Positions 34,685 to 51,666 of a stretch of 64,000 nt of DNA are shown here, piece by piece. The notes under the pieces are model-generated. The model saw only the letters and a list, made by a program, of their open reading frames with translations, was not told where the DNA came from and made no database searches. The translations under genes were made by a program, and so were the position numbers. The stretch is from the human T2T-CHM13v2.0 reference genome, Homo sapiens: assembly GCF_009914755.1 (NCBI RefSeq), contig NC_060930.1; one strand, written 5' to 3'. Numbering within the stretch: the stretch's first letter is position 1; each line of letters opens with the position of its first letter.

Positions 34685-35693
34685 GTGAGGCCCCCGCGGT
34701 GGCCCGGGGGTTGGGGCCGAGGGTCGCGGGCCCTCAGAGCACTGCGGCCGCGGAGGCACAGCCTCCGCCTCCAAATCCGGGCCTCTGGGGGCGGCAGGCC
34801 CTGCGTTCCTGGGAAGCCGGGGTTCCTAGTGGTCTTGGCTAGGGGCGGGGGTGGGGAATCAGCCCCGTCGCTGGGCCTCGGACAGGGCGACCTCGCCCAC
34901 AGTGAGCGCCGCCGGCGGCCCGCATCCCCCTCTCCGACGTCGAGGTCATCTCCCAAACCTTTGAATCTGGGAAGCCTTCTCCGGCTGCCGTCTCCCCGGG
35001 TACCCCCTTCCCCCAGCTCACTGTAAACATCTTTTATTTAATGACCTCTGAGACACCCCCTACCCTTATCCTGGGTCCCTCGGGGCAGAGGCCAGTGAAT
35101 CGTAAACGTCCGGAGCCCTGGAATGCGGCCCAAGCGAAAAGGCCACCCCGGTGTTGGGGGGGGGGCGGTCCGCGAGTCCAGGACCGAGGGGTGGCGACTG
35201 GCGCTGGGGAACTCGGAGCCCATCCTGCTGGCACTGCGGCCTCTCTCGCCGCAGCGTCTGGCTCCGCCCAAGCCCGAGCCCCGGGTGGGATTGGAAGCCG
35301 GGCCCCAGCCTTTCCCAGAATTCAGGCTTGCAGAGCGTCTGCAGGTGTCTGCCTGCCACCTGCAGCGGGACAGTTCCAAACACCTGTTGAAAGTGCAGAT
35401 TCCCCTATCTAGTGCGGGGTGCGGGAGGCGGGAACCCGGAGCCCGGGTACGCAGAATATGGGTTTTTACGGAGTGTTTTAGAGGATGTTGTGCATACTAG
35501 ATTTTGGAGTCAGGAAATAAAGAAGAGTGCAAGTGTCTGGTTTGTGCCCCTAGCTCTCGGTGCAAAGCGTTCCTGCAGAATTGCTTCCACGTAAAGGGAC
35601 CTTCGGGAAATTTCGCTGGATACCGGCTGGCATTGACAAACCCAGCGTCCCTGAGCCTTGTGAGGTTTCCAGGCAGGCTGATTGCGAGGCAAC

Positions 35694-35894
35694 ATGTCTG
35701 CTTCGGTGAAAGAAAGCCTTCAGCTTCAGCTACTGGAGATGGAAATGCTGTTTTCTATGTTTCCTAACCAAGGAGAAGTAAAACTTGAAGATGTAAATGC
35801 CCTGACGAATATAAAGAGGTATTTGGAAGGCACAAGGGAGGCGCTGCCACCAAAAATCGAATTTGTAATTACACTCCAGATTGAAGAGCCCAAG
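35694..35894 (+). CDS. RWDD2A: RWDD2A first coding exon (RWD domain N-terminal part), aa 1-67
   Basis: aacATGt start; [24 protein letters not shown]...IEEPK; donor GTAGGT; 201 nt. Confidence 0.93.
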
Positions 35895-36836
35895 GTAGGT
35901 ACCCTGATTTAAGTGTTTGCCAGGTGCCCAGTTTTTAATTGAAACATCTAGAACATGAGCTTTCTGTCAAGGAAAGATAGAAATATTCCAGGTGCATATT
36001 TCCTTGTTTGAAAGATACGGAATGCTCTATAAATTGTCTTCAGTAAATATCTTTAATTTTATGTAAACATATACACCTTTTTAACAAATATACCTGGAGT
36101 TTTTATTGACGCTATCTTGCAGTCTTATGCCATTATTATTTTGTTCACCCATCCAGTTGGACTACCTTTCACATGTATCATGATTTTCATAAATCTAAAT
36201 ATCTCCTGTAACATAACTGTCTTTTAAGGAGTGAATGAGTGGATTTTTTGATGGCACCATAACACAGAAAGCAAATATGGATGGAAAAATCTAAAGACTA
36301 AAAATGAATTTACCTCCATCTTCTGATCCATTTATCTCCAGCAACATTAGCATAGCATAGGTAATACGTGGACTGGGCATTTGAGAACCACTGTTGTAGC
36401 TATTTCCTACTCATCCTTCAGTTGTTATTCCCTCAGAGGAGACTTTCTGGTTCTCCAGACTGGATTCTGTCCCGCTGGTTACACACTTCAATGGAACCCT
36501 CCACTTTTCCATGGTAATGCTTTTCACAATTGAAATTAAATACTTGCTATATGTAATTATTTGTTTAATGTGTGTCTCCTTCACTAGGCCCTGGACTTCA
36601 TGAAGGGCAAAAATAGTGTCTGGTTTATTCACTTTTTTATCCCAGCACAAGGGCACCTGGCACACGTAGTTGTTCAATAAATATTGAAATAATGCATAAA
36701 AGGAAGCAATCATGTATGTAAAGTACCTGGTACATTTAATAGTAGCAATAACATTTCTCAAAATCATGCAGTTGCTATTGATAAACTAGCTTATGTGATG
36801 TTATGGTATTTAAATCTATTTGATTTTCATTTTAAG

Positions 36837-37514
36837 GTGAAAATTGATTTGCAAGTGACCATGCCTCACAGCTACCCCTATGTAGCATTGCAGCTGTTTG
36901 GACGGTCATCTGAACTTGACAGACATCAGCAGCTACTTCTCAACAAAGGTCTCACTTCTTACATAGGGACTTTTGATCCAGGTGAGCTCTGTGTATGTGC
37001 AGCAATCCAGTGGCTACAGGACAACAGTGCATCTTATTTCCTGAACAGAAAGCTTGTATATGAACCATCTACACAAGCAAAGCCAGTCAAGAACACATTC
37101 CTCCGAATGTGGATCTACAGTCACCATATATATCAGCAGGACCTAAGGAAAAAGATTTTGGATGTTGGGAAAAGGTTAGATGTGACTGGATTTTGCATGA
37201 CAGGAAAGCCTGGTATAATCTGTGTGGAGGGTTTCAAAGAGCACTGTGAGGAGTTCTGGCACACAATTAGGTACCCCAATTGGAAGCACATTTCCTGTAA
37301 GCATGCTGAAAGCGTGGAGACAGAAGGAAATGGTGAGGACCTGCGCCTTTTCCATTCTTTTGAAGAGTTACTCCTTGAGGCTCATGGTGACTATGGATTA
37401 AGGAATGACTATCACATGAATCTGGGCCAATTCTTAGAATTTCTCAAGAAGCACAAAAGTGAGCATGTTTTTCAGATACTATTTGGTATTGAAAGCAAAA
37501 GTTCAGACTCATAA
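36837..37514 (+). CDS. RWDD2A: RWDD2A last coding exon (rest of RWD plus DUF1115-like domain), aa 68-292
   Basis: Acceptor ttttcattttaAG; RWD YP motif (PHSYP), WIYSHHIY and [15 protein letters not shown]; TAA ends at 37514; total 292 aa. Confidence 0.95.
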
Positions 37515-37759
37515 AAAGCGATTAAGAGGCCTATGCCTGTAATTTCACTAAGTCAGTATTTCTGTTAATAAGACCAAATTAAAAAGGCTAGTGGCTGTGT
37601 AGCATCCTCAGTGCAAAACCCAGCTCCAGAATTTTCACCTGGTAACGAATTTCAACTGACAGTGAAATGAATAGGCCTTTAAACTTTATAACATTGCAAT
37701 TGTGATGTTATCTCTAGGTTTTTGTGTGAAGTCATTCAAAAACTATTTCATTGTAAATT

Positions 37760-37765
37760 AATAAA
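37760..37765 (+). terminator. Candidate RWDD2A polyadenylation signal AATAAA
   Basis: Canonical hexamer about 245 nt after the stop. Confidence 0.65.
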
Positions 37766-37974
37766 AACAATCCATTTAACTTGTGAAGCTGATTTGATTG
37801 AAGAGGAATCCAAAGCCCATAACTAACATCAAAAATCAAACTGCAATTATGAATTGAGAAATATGAATAGCATTTGTTTCACATTGCTAGCACACATGTG
37901 ACACACCCACTTGTCTTTCATTATTGGAAATCTAAATCAAGTTTAAAATGAGAACAGGAAGGACATGTTTACTT

Positions 37975-38228
<254 letters not shown>

Positions 38229-39749
38229 GTTTACTTCATTTCTTACTTTAAACTCCTATTTCGAGTGTTTTAGTAAAACTAGATCCTAATAGCAGTGGCA
38301 AAGGACTCATAGACATGAAGTCCCACGAGTTAAAAGATGACACACAATGCTATGTGTTCTGGCTGTTTATATCAGTTCATGATACTAGCAATCCTGATAC
38401 CAGTATTAGTTTAATTCTTATCCAGAAAAGATAAACACATGGTTCCTTGTCTACAAAGTATTCGCCTGTTTCAATCCAACCTTTGCCTGTGTGCCAGTAT
38501 GCATTACTATAAAGGGCAAGAGACTGTTGAGGGGACCAGTGTGGATATCTGCATCATTACCTTATTGGGAAAAAAAAAATCTAATTCTACAGTCCGATGA
38601 TGTTACTGCCATCTCCTCTGAAAATTCCAAGCTCCACAGGCTTCACCAGGCTTTTCAAAATGAGAGTTTATTTTAATGATTAAAAACCGCTATTTAAGTA
38701 GCTCTTGCCAAGCCTTTTCATTACCAGGTCTCCATCCCTCCCCAAGTATTTCTGCGAGTCTCATGTGCTAAGAGATGTCTTGAGCAGCCTCTGCAGCTTT
38801 CCGTGTTTCTGTGGTCAGCTACTGCTGCCCTTTCCCGGGAGGCATTCCATTCTCCTACTGGGTCCTCTCAAGATGCCAAAGCTTGGTGCTGGGATTTAGG
38901 AACACATCCTGTTAGATGTCAGACAGTGCTGCTTGTGCTGGGGAGCCTACAGAACTTCTGATGAAACTACCATCTGGTTTTACCCTCTGTGCCGTGGATG
39001 CAGACGTGTCCTTGGGCTACAGAGAGGACATGATGGAGCAGGAGGCCCTATCCCAAGGAGGTGTTAGAACTGGGTCCACTTTGTACTGCCTCTTTCTTCT
39101 TAGGTCACAATGAGTGTCCTCTCAGGGCACAACTCAGATCTTCAACCCATGGCTCGCTGTAGGCCTGCCCCGCCAGGTCCTCCAGCTTGCCATTCATGTT
39201 TCCATCCTAGCCTTGGTTGTGCTGGAACTCAGGCTGGAGCCTGACACTTTGCCTATATGCAAAGGGAAGAAATAGGACTTACATTGCCAAGGAATCACTT
39301 CTTAATGTTTGCCAGCACTAAAAACAACAAAGTACAGGAATCTTTTTCCCCCACAGTCTCCACAAAGCTATCAATAAGTATAATTCGCATTTACAAGTTT
39401 TAGGCCTTCAACAGATGTAACTCCATCCAAATGAATCAATATGTGCCATCAACCTACCTTATAGAGGTGTTTTTCCTGATTACATGAGCAAAAGTAGCTA
39501 CAGAAAGATGGGTGTAAAGAAAAGGCAATAAATTCTAGGTTATGAACTCTACTGCTTCTGGAGCTATTTCTGAGATTTTTCAGAACCTACTTTTTTATAA
39601 ATAAGTCTAATTTGAGCATTCTGCAATACTTTTTTTCCTATCAGGAAAACTAATGCAGATAGTATTATGGGGACGTGTAGGTTTTATAGAAAAAAAAAGT
39701 ACATGTATAATTCAAAACTCAACTTTGTATGTATAGGAGTCTGCTGGTT

Positions 39750-40070
39750 GTTTGTACAGCCTGATATGAGCACATAATAAAAGTCCGTCATTCCCCAACC
39801 CCCTCCCCCTACACACACAGCTTATTTTGGGAAACTGCCCCTTCCCTGTGTGATTTGGGAAGAGAAAGTGATAGGAATCAAGTTGTCCTCTGGCAGCCTC
39901 CTGGAGAGATGGCTGTGAGCTCTTGCTGCTTAAACCTCTAGTGCCACCCTCATTTCTGACCTACTGAATGCTCAGCTGTTTGGCATTTCCTTTGAATGAC
40001 CCAGCATCTTCCCTTTTGTTGTCGGAAATCAGAATCAGTCTCTATTGCTTGTAACTTAAGAATCTGGATA
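39750..40070 (+). mobile_element. Old ERVL-class LTR remnant (LTR16/LTR33-like)
   Basis: 3' end AGAATCAGTCTCTATTGCTTGTAACTTAAGAATCTGGATA resembles ERVL LTR termini. Confidence 0.45.
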
Positions 40071-40735
40071 TTCTGTTTATTATATTCTTAAATGGTTATT
40101 TGGAAAATGTGCTCATTTATAAAAGTTACAGTGTCTTTTTAAAGTTTGCTGAAGTAAATGAAGCATATCGTCAAGTATGTTCTTTGCTTTTCATTCCTTA
40201 CTGGTCTATTATGTGTTAGGCTAAGAGCTGAGGACACCTGCATAGTGAATTGAGTAGGCCGGATGAGTTGGCAGACCACAACACAGGGACCTCTAAAACA
40301 TTCCTTATTAAATCAAACATACATTGCCTGTGAACTTGAGCGTTCACATATAACTCCTTACATGCCATCCATCCCCTCTCAGAACCTGAGAAGGTTCTGA
40401 TGGTGTCTGTCTGCAGCCTTCATGGAACCCTTTTGAACAGGTTTTTTTCACTTGCTTTTATCTCAAGTAGCCCAGTAGTAAGTCAAAAGAATAGTTATTG
40501 TCTGAAGAGGGCACAGTGTTGCTCACACTTCCTGGTTTTATACATAATCCTGATTTGCCACAGAAACTCTGAGCCCATTGGCTTTCCCTCATAAGGTCCA
40601 CATGGTGGAACTAATTTCACCATAGCCTGGACCAGCTAGAGAGACCTCTCTTTCTGATCCCAGTCAAAACTAGATGCATTTGGGTCAACCCCCGAATGAA
40701 TTTGAGCAGGGTACACAGAATTTAAGTAAGCCCAC

Positions 40736-41089
40736 TGTATTAGCTCATTCTTATGCTGCTAATAAAGACATACCCGAGACTGGGTAGTTTATAAAGGAAA
40801 GAGGTTTAATGGACTCACAGTTCCACATGGCTAGGGAGGCCTCACAATCACAGCAGAAGACGAAGGAAGAGCATAGGGATATGTTACATAGGGGCAGGCA
40901 AGAGATCTTGTGTAGGGGAACTCCCCTTTATGAAGCCACCAGATCTCGTGACACTTATTCACTACCACGAGAAGTATGGGGTAAACCACCCCCATGATTC
41001 AATTATCTCCACCTGGTCCTGTCCTTGACACATGGGGATTATTACTATTCAAGGTGAGATCTGGATAGGGGCACAGCCAAACCATATCA
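40736..41089. mobile_element. THE1 solo LTR with perfect 5-bp TSD CCCAC
   Basis: TGTATTAG...AAAGACATACCCGAGACTGGG...CCAAACCATATCA; CCCAC on both sides. Confidence 0.9.
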
Positions 41090-41623
41090 CCCACCAAACC
41101 CTGGGAGTTCTCCTTAGTTATAGAAGGAACAAAGTACACAATTTGTTCCTCACAATGAAGGGGAAATCCCAGCATGTACCAGACACTGGACTTCTACAAA
41201 ACTTGGCTGCAGGCTCTGTGCTTTCATGGGATTTATCGTTCACCCTCTGGGATGACACATCTTACTAGGCATCCAGGAAACATGACTCCATTCTCCAAGT
41301 CCAATCAGAATATCACCTGGAGGCATACAGCATGCTGCCCTGTATAGTGGTAAGCTGATCAAAGGTCTGATATCGAGACTGATATTCTGACATAGAAAGT
41401 TAATGTAATGTTGGAAAAAGACAATCTACATTGCTGCTTACTGAGATAAAGAAAATGCTTCAAGTGGTCTTTACTTACTGGAATAAAGGAAAAACAAAAA
41501 AGCATTGACCAAATCAGTAGCCAGCTACTTTCTGATTTGCTCCAAGAAAAAAGAACTTATATGACAGCAGCTGCAGTTGGAATCACCATCTGCTTAAGTT
41601 TCGGAATATGTGCAGCCATTCTA

Positions 41624-41920
41624 TTTTTTTGAGACGGAGTCTTGCTCTCTCGCTCTGTCACTCAGGGTGGAGTGCAGTGGCCCAATTTCAGCTCAAAGCA
41701 AACTCTGCCTCCCGGATTCAAGTGATTCTCATGCCTCAGCCTCCCAAGTAGATGGGATTACAGGTGTATGCCACCACGCCTGGCTAATTTTTGTATTTTT
41801 AGTAGAGATGGTTTTTCGCCATGTTGGCCAGGCTGGTCTCGAATCCTGGCCTCAAGTGATCTGCCCATCTCAGCCTCCCAAAGTGCTGGGATTACGGGTG
41901 TGAGCCACTGAGCCCAGCCT
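41624..41920 (-). mobile_element. AluS
   Basis: Antisense dimer. Confidence 0.9.
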
Positions 41921-44129
41921 GTGAAGTCATTCTTAGAGACCCATCTGTCTCCTCCTACATATGCCAAAGATCATGCTAAAGCAAGATGTGATAAGAATCA
42001 CACTCCTGCTGCTTTCAAAGCTTTTGATGGTGGGACTCATCTCTGCAAATCTCTTCATACTTCCTGAGAGAATAACCCTCTTTTTATGGATCAGGGATCC
42101 AATGTGGGTATATTGCCACAGAGGATGAAGAAATAAATTATAACTCTTTACTGGAAAAATAAGTGGGGGATGGGTTTATTCCTATAGCATATACTTTGTT
42201 CTATAGACCACAGTGGTTTCAGAGACCCGAGAAATTTATATTTGTTCAGAGCTGTTCCCAGATGACCTCCAAAAGGCCTAATAGTTTTTCCTTTCTGCAG
42301 TGCATTGTTATCTTAGCAAATGGGAGCCTCAAAAAAGATTTTGGAAACATTTATGATATAATTACAGAGTTCTGCATCTTTAGGGGTCTTTCATTCATAT
42401 CTGTTTGTGGCAATTTGGTGACACTGTATCTTGGTGGCTCCAGTCAGGCTTTTCTGCTATTGTTATATATATCAAGTGGGGCGTATGTTGTTGCTAATGT
42501 ATTTGGTCCTAGGCCAGGCTGGGATATAGCTGGTATGTACTGGCATGGCTGTATCAATTTTATACAATGGTATCAATTTTTCTTGGTTAGTATGTATGCT
42601 GCCTCATTAATTTTTTGAACAGCATTTCAGGCCAGGAGGCCCCGTGTTATCCACAACCAAGGTTTCTGTGGGCTGAACTCTTGATTACACTGGACCTCCT
42701 CCTATTACAATCACTGTTTTCACCTTGTCTCCAGTTGTTAATTGCTACTAAATGCTATTAAGCCTGTACCAAACCCAAGAGTCTGATTTCTCCATTGAAA
42801 TCAGGAAAGCCTTTTAACCATAACATTTTCCCAAGCCTTCCTAGCTTAAAGAGAAGTATCATTAAAATGCTTTTCATGGATGTTGGTACTCCCCTCACCA
42901 GTGTTATTTCTCTCAAGGCCTTAGTGAAAGGAGGGTCACTGATAGGTCCTCCAAGGAGACTTAGGAGATCAATAGATTAGGACAGTCATATTGCACACAA
43001 CAATTCCACTCCAACATTCCTATCTTTGTAAATATTTGAATGGCTTTATATTATTTAAGGAATGTTTGCATTCTCAATTTCATTTAATGTGGACCCTTAT
43101 TAAGTTCATGTTTCACTCAACTAACTGAACCAACAAGTAGAATCACCCCCAGCTGCTCAAGGCAGCGCACAGAATCCAGAATCTGTGGCAAGTGTACCCT
43201 ATCATCATTTCTGCCTTATCCAAAATTACAGTTCTCCTTGTGAGTGTAACGTTCTGAGAATCCCACACATTTTTCTCTGGGCTTTTGCCAATATATGTGA
43301 GCAGAGTCTAGAATTTTTTTGGCGTAAGTCTCCTCCTTCTGGATTTGCCTTTTAAATTACTAGCCACCACAGCCCTTCTCATGCTGGAATCTGATTTGGG
43401 GTGTACGGAAATAATGTGAATAATGGAGGAGGAGCGTAGGCCTCCCTTTACAATTGGTTTCTCTTTACAAGGTAATTATTACCTCAGGTGAGGTCATTAC
43501 AGGATCTTCTAGCAAGGCAGTAACAACTTCTTTAGACGGGAAGAGATCCTGCTTTGATTAGCAAAGGAGAACATGTCAACTATCCCAGTTTTCCTGGGAC
43601 TGAGGGGTTTCCTGGGACACAGGACTTTCACTTCTGAAACCTGGACTATTGTTCTCCCTAGTTTAGGATATTATGAGTCCTCCAAATCCCCTTCCCCATT
43701 CCAAATCAAGGTCCTACTGTTTCTTGGTCAATACTCTAAGTTTGACATAAGAGGCCTAATGAGGATGTCAGTTTAACTCAGGGTATTAATATAATTTGGC
43801 AAGCAGCAAGATTAAGTATGACCATGGTTTTCAATTATTTCAGCATTATAACTAGAAAGAGAGAAAATATGTTGTTAGCAAAAACATGGGGCTTTTTCTG
43901 GTTTTTAGATTGAGAATTCAGTCTAAAATTTTTGAGCTGAGGATTTCAGACTCAAGCCTAAATTATCTTTCTTTATGTATCCATCTCTGCTAGAAGCAAC
44001 CACCGCAACTCACAGTCCTAGAATTCCTTGTCCTTTACACTGTATTATGGCAGCAGCCATCTGATCCACCTAAACCTTCCCTTCCTTAGATAATATATCC
44101 CATTTTACCTCATAGTTGTGTTTATGAGG

Positions 44130-47800
<3,671 letters not shown>

Positions 47801-50131
47801 TAGACAAAAACCATAGGATTATCTCAACAGGTGCAGAAAAGGCTTTCAATATAACTCAACATACCTTCATATTAAAAACTCTCAGTAAACTAGATATTAA
47901 AGGAACATACCTCAAAATAATAAGAGCCCTCTATGACAAACCCACAGCCAACATCATACTGAATAGGCAAAAGCTGGAAGCGTTCTTCTTGAAAACCAGC
48001 ACAAGACAAGGATGCTGTCCCTCACCACTCCTATTCAAGATAGTATTGGAAGTCCTGGCCAAAGCAATCAGGCAAAAGAAAGAAATGAAGGGCATCCACA
48101 TATGAAGAGAGGAAGTCAAACTATTCCTGTTTGCAGAGGACATGATTCTATATCTAGAAAACCACATAGTCTTGGCCCAAAAGCTCCTTCAGCTGATAAG
48201 CAACTTCAGCCAAGTTTCAGGATGCAAAATCAATGTACAAAAATCACTAGCATACCTAGGCACCACCAACAGCCAAGCCAAGAGCCAAATCAGGAATGCA
48301 ATCCCATTCACAATTGCTGCAAAAAGAATACAATACCTAGGAACACAGCTAATCAGAGAAGTGAAAGATCTCTACAAGGAGAACTAAAAAATACTGCTCA
48401 AATAAATCAGAGAAGACAAAAACAAACGGAAAAGCATCCCATGCTCAAAGATCAGAAGAATCAATAGCATTAAAATGACCATATTGTCCAAAGCAATTTA
48501 CATATTCAATAATATTCTGATCAAACTACCAATGACATTCTTGACAGAACTAGAAAGTACTATTTTAAAATTCACATGGAACCAAAACAGAGCCCGAATA
48601 GCCAAGGTAATACAAAGCAAAAAATAAAGTTGGAGGGATCACATTACCCAACTTCAAACTATATCACAGGGCTACAGTAACCAAAACAGCATGGTACTGG
48701 TACAAAAACAGACACATAGTCCAATGGAACAGAACAGAGAACCCAGAAATAAGGCCATACACTTATGACCATCTGGTCTTTGACAAAGCTAACAAAAGCA
48801 AGCAATGGAGAAAAGACTCCCTATTCAATAAATGGTGTTGGGATAACTGGCTAGCCATATGTAGAAGGTTGAAGCTGGACCCCTTCCTTATACCATATAC
48901 AAAAATCAACTCAAGGTGGATTGAAGACTTAAATGTAAAATCCAAAACTATGAAAATCCTGGAAGACAACCTAGGCATTACCATCCTTGACATAGGAACA
49001 GGCAAAGATTTCATGACATAGGAACAGGCAAAGATTTCATGACAAAGACACCAAAAGCAACCGCAACAAAAGCAGAAATTGACAAACAAGATCTAATTAA
49101 ATTTAGCTTCTGCACAGCAAAAGAAGCTATCAGCAGAGTAAAAGTAAACAGACAACCTACAGAATGGGAGAAAATATTTGCAAGCTATGCATCTGACAAA
49201 GGTCTAATATCCAGCATCTATATGGAACTTAAACAAATTTACAAGAAAAAAACAACCCTATCAAAAAGCGAGCAAAGGACATGATCTGACCCTTTTCAAA
49301 AGAAGACATACATGCGGCCAACACACATATGAAAAAAGGCTCAATATTACTGATCATTAGAAAAATGCAAATCAAAAACCATAATGAGATACAATTTCAT
49401 TGTGACACCAGTGAGAATGACTTCATGACATTCTGGCTATTATTAAAAAGTCAAAAAAATAACAGATGTTGGCAAGGTTGTGGAGAAAAGGGAACACTTA
49501 CACACTGTTGGTGAGAGTGCAAATTACTTCAACTATTGTAGAAAGCAGTATGGAGATTCCTCAAAGAGCTAAAAGTAGAACTACCATTCAACCCAGTAAT
49601 CCTATTACTGGGTATATACTCAGAGGAATATAAATCAATCTGCCATACAGACATACATACACAAATGTTCACTGCAACACTATTCACAATACCAAAGACA
49701 TGGAATCAACCTAAATGCCCATTAATGCCAGATCAGATAAAGAGAAGGTGGTAATATGAACTCCATAGAATACTATGCAGCCATAAAAAAAGAATGAGAT
49801 CATGTCTTTTGTGGGAACATGGATGGAGCTGGAGGCTATTTTCCTTAGCAAACTAGCACAGGAACAGAAAACCAAATACCACATGTCCTTGCTTATAAGT
49901 GGGAACTAAATGATACGAACTCATGAACACAAAGAAGGGAACAACAGACACTGGGGTCTACTTGACAGTGGAGGGCGGGAGGAGGGAGAGAAGCAGAAAA
50001 AATAACTATTGGGTACTAGGCTTAATACCTGGGTGATGAAATAATCCATACAACAAACCCCCCATGACACAAGTTTACCTATATAATGAACCTTTGCATG
50101 TAACTCCAAACCTAAAATAAAAGTTAAAAAA
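47801..50131 (+). mobile_element. 5'-truncated L1PA (older primate L1): ORF2 RT/C-terminal remnant, 3'UTR and A tail
   Basis: Peptides [30 protein letters not shown], (D)[20 protein letters not shown]; stops and frameshifts; AATAAAAGTTAAAAAAA end. Confidence 0.93.
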
Positions 50132-50679
50132 ATGTAGGTAATTTCTAATGACCTGCCTTTGAGGTCATTAATCTTTTCCTCTATGACCTCTAGTTGGCTG
50201 TTAAACCATCTGTCTGATGAATTCTTAATTTCAGATATTTTATTTTTTATATTTAGAATGTACATTTAATTCTTTAGATATTCTATTTTTGTGATAAAGT
50301 TATCTTTTTCCATTTTTCTTTTTGTCTAATTTTATTAACATTAATGTTATTATATTCTCTTCCCTGACATCTCCTTCTCACTATATAATTTATTTGTTCC
50401 ATGTGTGCTCCAGTAGCATTTTACATTTCTTTGGTTAATAGCAAAGTGAGCGTTCTATAAAAAATTGTTAAATAATTTTCTTGTTCTGGGGCTGTGCTCC
50501 CTTCCTAATATGCATGGCTGGCTTATGAAGAGAGGCTGGCACAAATTAGTTTTTTATCTACTTTATTGAGGCATTATTTACCAAAATATTTTTGAGTAAA
50601 CATTTCCCTCAGACTTCTACTTCACTTCTCTCATGGAGATGCAGTTTTACAGCTATTGGTATATAACTGTCTCTTCTAA

Positions 50680-50958
50680 ACCTGCACTGTCCAATACAGT
50701 GTCACTCGCCAGATGTGGCTACTGAGACCTGTGGCTAGTCTGAACTGAATTAAAATGTAAGTGTAAAATATGTGCTGGATTTCGAAGAAAATATGAACAA
50801 AATAAACTATCTTAATAATTTTATGATGATTACATGTTGCAGTGGTAATATTTTGGATATATTGGTTTAAACAAAATATATTATTACCATGAATTCCACC
50901 TGTGTCTTTTTTTTATGATGCTACTACAAAATTTAAAATTACACATGGGACAGTGCTG
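50680..50958. mobile_element. MER33-like hAT element
   Basis: CTGCACTGTCCAATA...GGACAGTGCTG inverted ends. Confidence 0.7.
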
Positions 50959-51230
50959 TTCTAGACTGTAGCCTATGGAAAGGAGAACAAACTATAAAGA
51001 AAGATGAATATGGATGTAAAGCTTACTTTCTTCAGTTATTCTGTGGACTTGGCAAGTTACTTAAAATATCAACTTCATAAGGAAAGTGAGGGGACTACAT
51101 TAAAATAATGTATGTGGGATACTTGACACCTAGTAAGTAACTATCTAATGCTTATTTCATTATCTTTCCCTGAGGACAAGGAAGTGGCTCACACATCACA
51201 GTGTCCAGAATATGTGATTACATATATATA

Positions 51231-51518
51231 TTTTTTTTTTTCTGAGACAGAGTCTTACTCCATCCCCCAGGCTGGAGTGCAGTGGCATGATCTTGGTTCA
51301 CTGCAACGTCCAGTGCAAGCGATTCTCGTGCCTCAGCCTCCCAAGTAGCTGGGATTACAGGCATGAGCCACCAAGCCCAGCTAATTTTTATAGTTTTTAG
51401 TAGAGATAGGGTTTCACCAGGTTGGCCAGGCTAGTCTTGAACTCCTGACCTCAGGTGATCTGCCTGTCTCAGCCTCCCAAAGTGCCAGGATTACAGGCGT
51501 GAGCCACTGTGCCCAGCC
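51231..51518 (-). mobile_element. AluS
   Basis: Antisense dimer after (TA)n/poly-T. Confidence 0.9.
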
Positions 51519-51660
51519 ACATATGTTTTAAATGAATGATGTTTATACTGAAATTAGCAGTTATTAGAATATTTTAGAAATTCGTCACACATAATCATAT
51601 GACCCCAAGACCAAGCATTACAATGTAACATTTTAAGAAAAAGGACAATTATTTTATATT

Positions 51661-51666
51661 TTTATT
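51661..51666 (-). terminator. ME1 distal polyA signal (AATAAA on -); proximal signal at 52845-52850
   Basis: TTTATT on + about 1.5 kb and 0.32 kb beyond the stop. Confidence 0.6.

Larger units (their letters stand above)
34100..35500. promoter_or_regulatory. CpG island and bidirectional promoter of PGM3 and RWDD2A
   Basis: Very GC- and CpG-rich. GACGTGG 34499-34505, ETS/GABP CTTCCGG 34516-34522, SP/KLF GCCACGCCCC 34529-34538, CCAAT 34543-34547, GC boxes around 34570-34590. Confidence 0.9.
40200..44090 (-). mobile_element. Decayed ERVL-type internal region (gag/pol remnants) with nested THE1, Alu and MER96B-like inserts
   Basis: The minus strand near 43150-43300 resembles the ERVL gag W.WILRV...LDQAE...G.L.RDS segment; 41300-41480 resembles a degenerate RT. 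No intact ORF. Confidence 0.5.

Noticed and set aside
34002-35594. Many overlapping 60-222 aa ORFs in the CpG island
   Set aside because: Expected from stop-codon scarcity in GC-rich DNA; low-complexity P/R/G/A peptides with no recognisable family.
42163-42618. 151-aa hydrophobic ORF
   Set aside because: No recognisable domain or splice context; lies antisense within decayed retroviral sequence.
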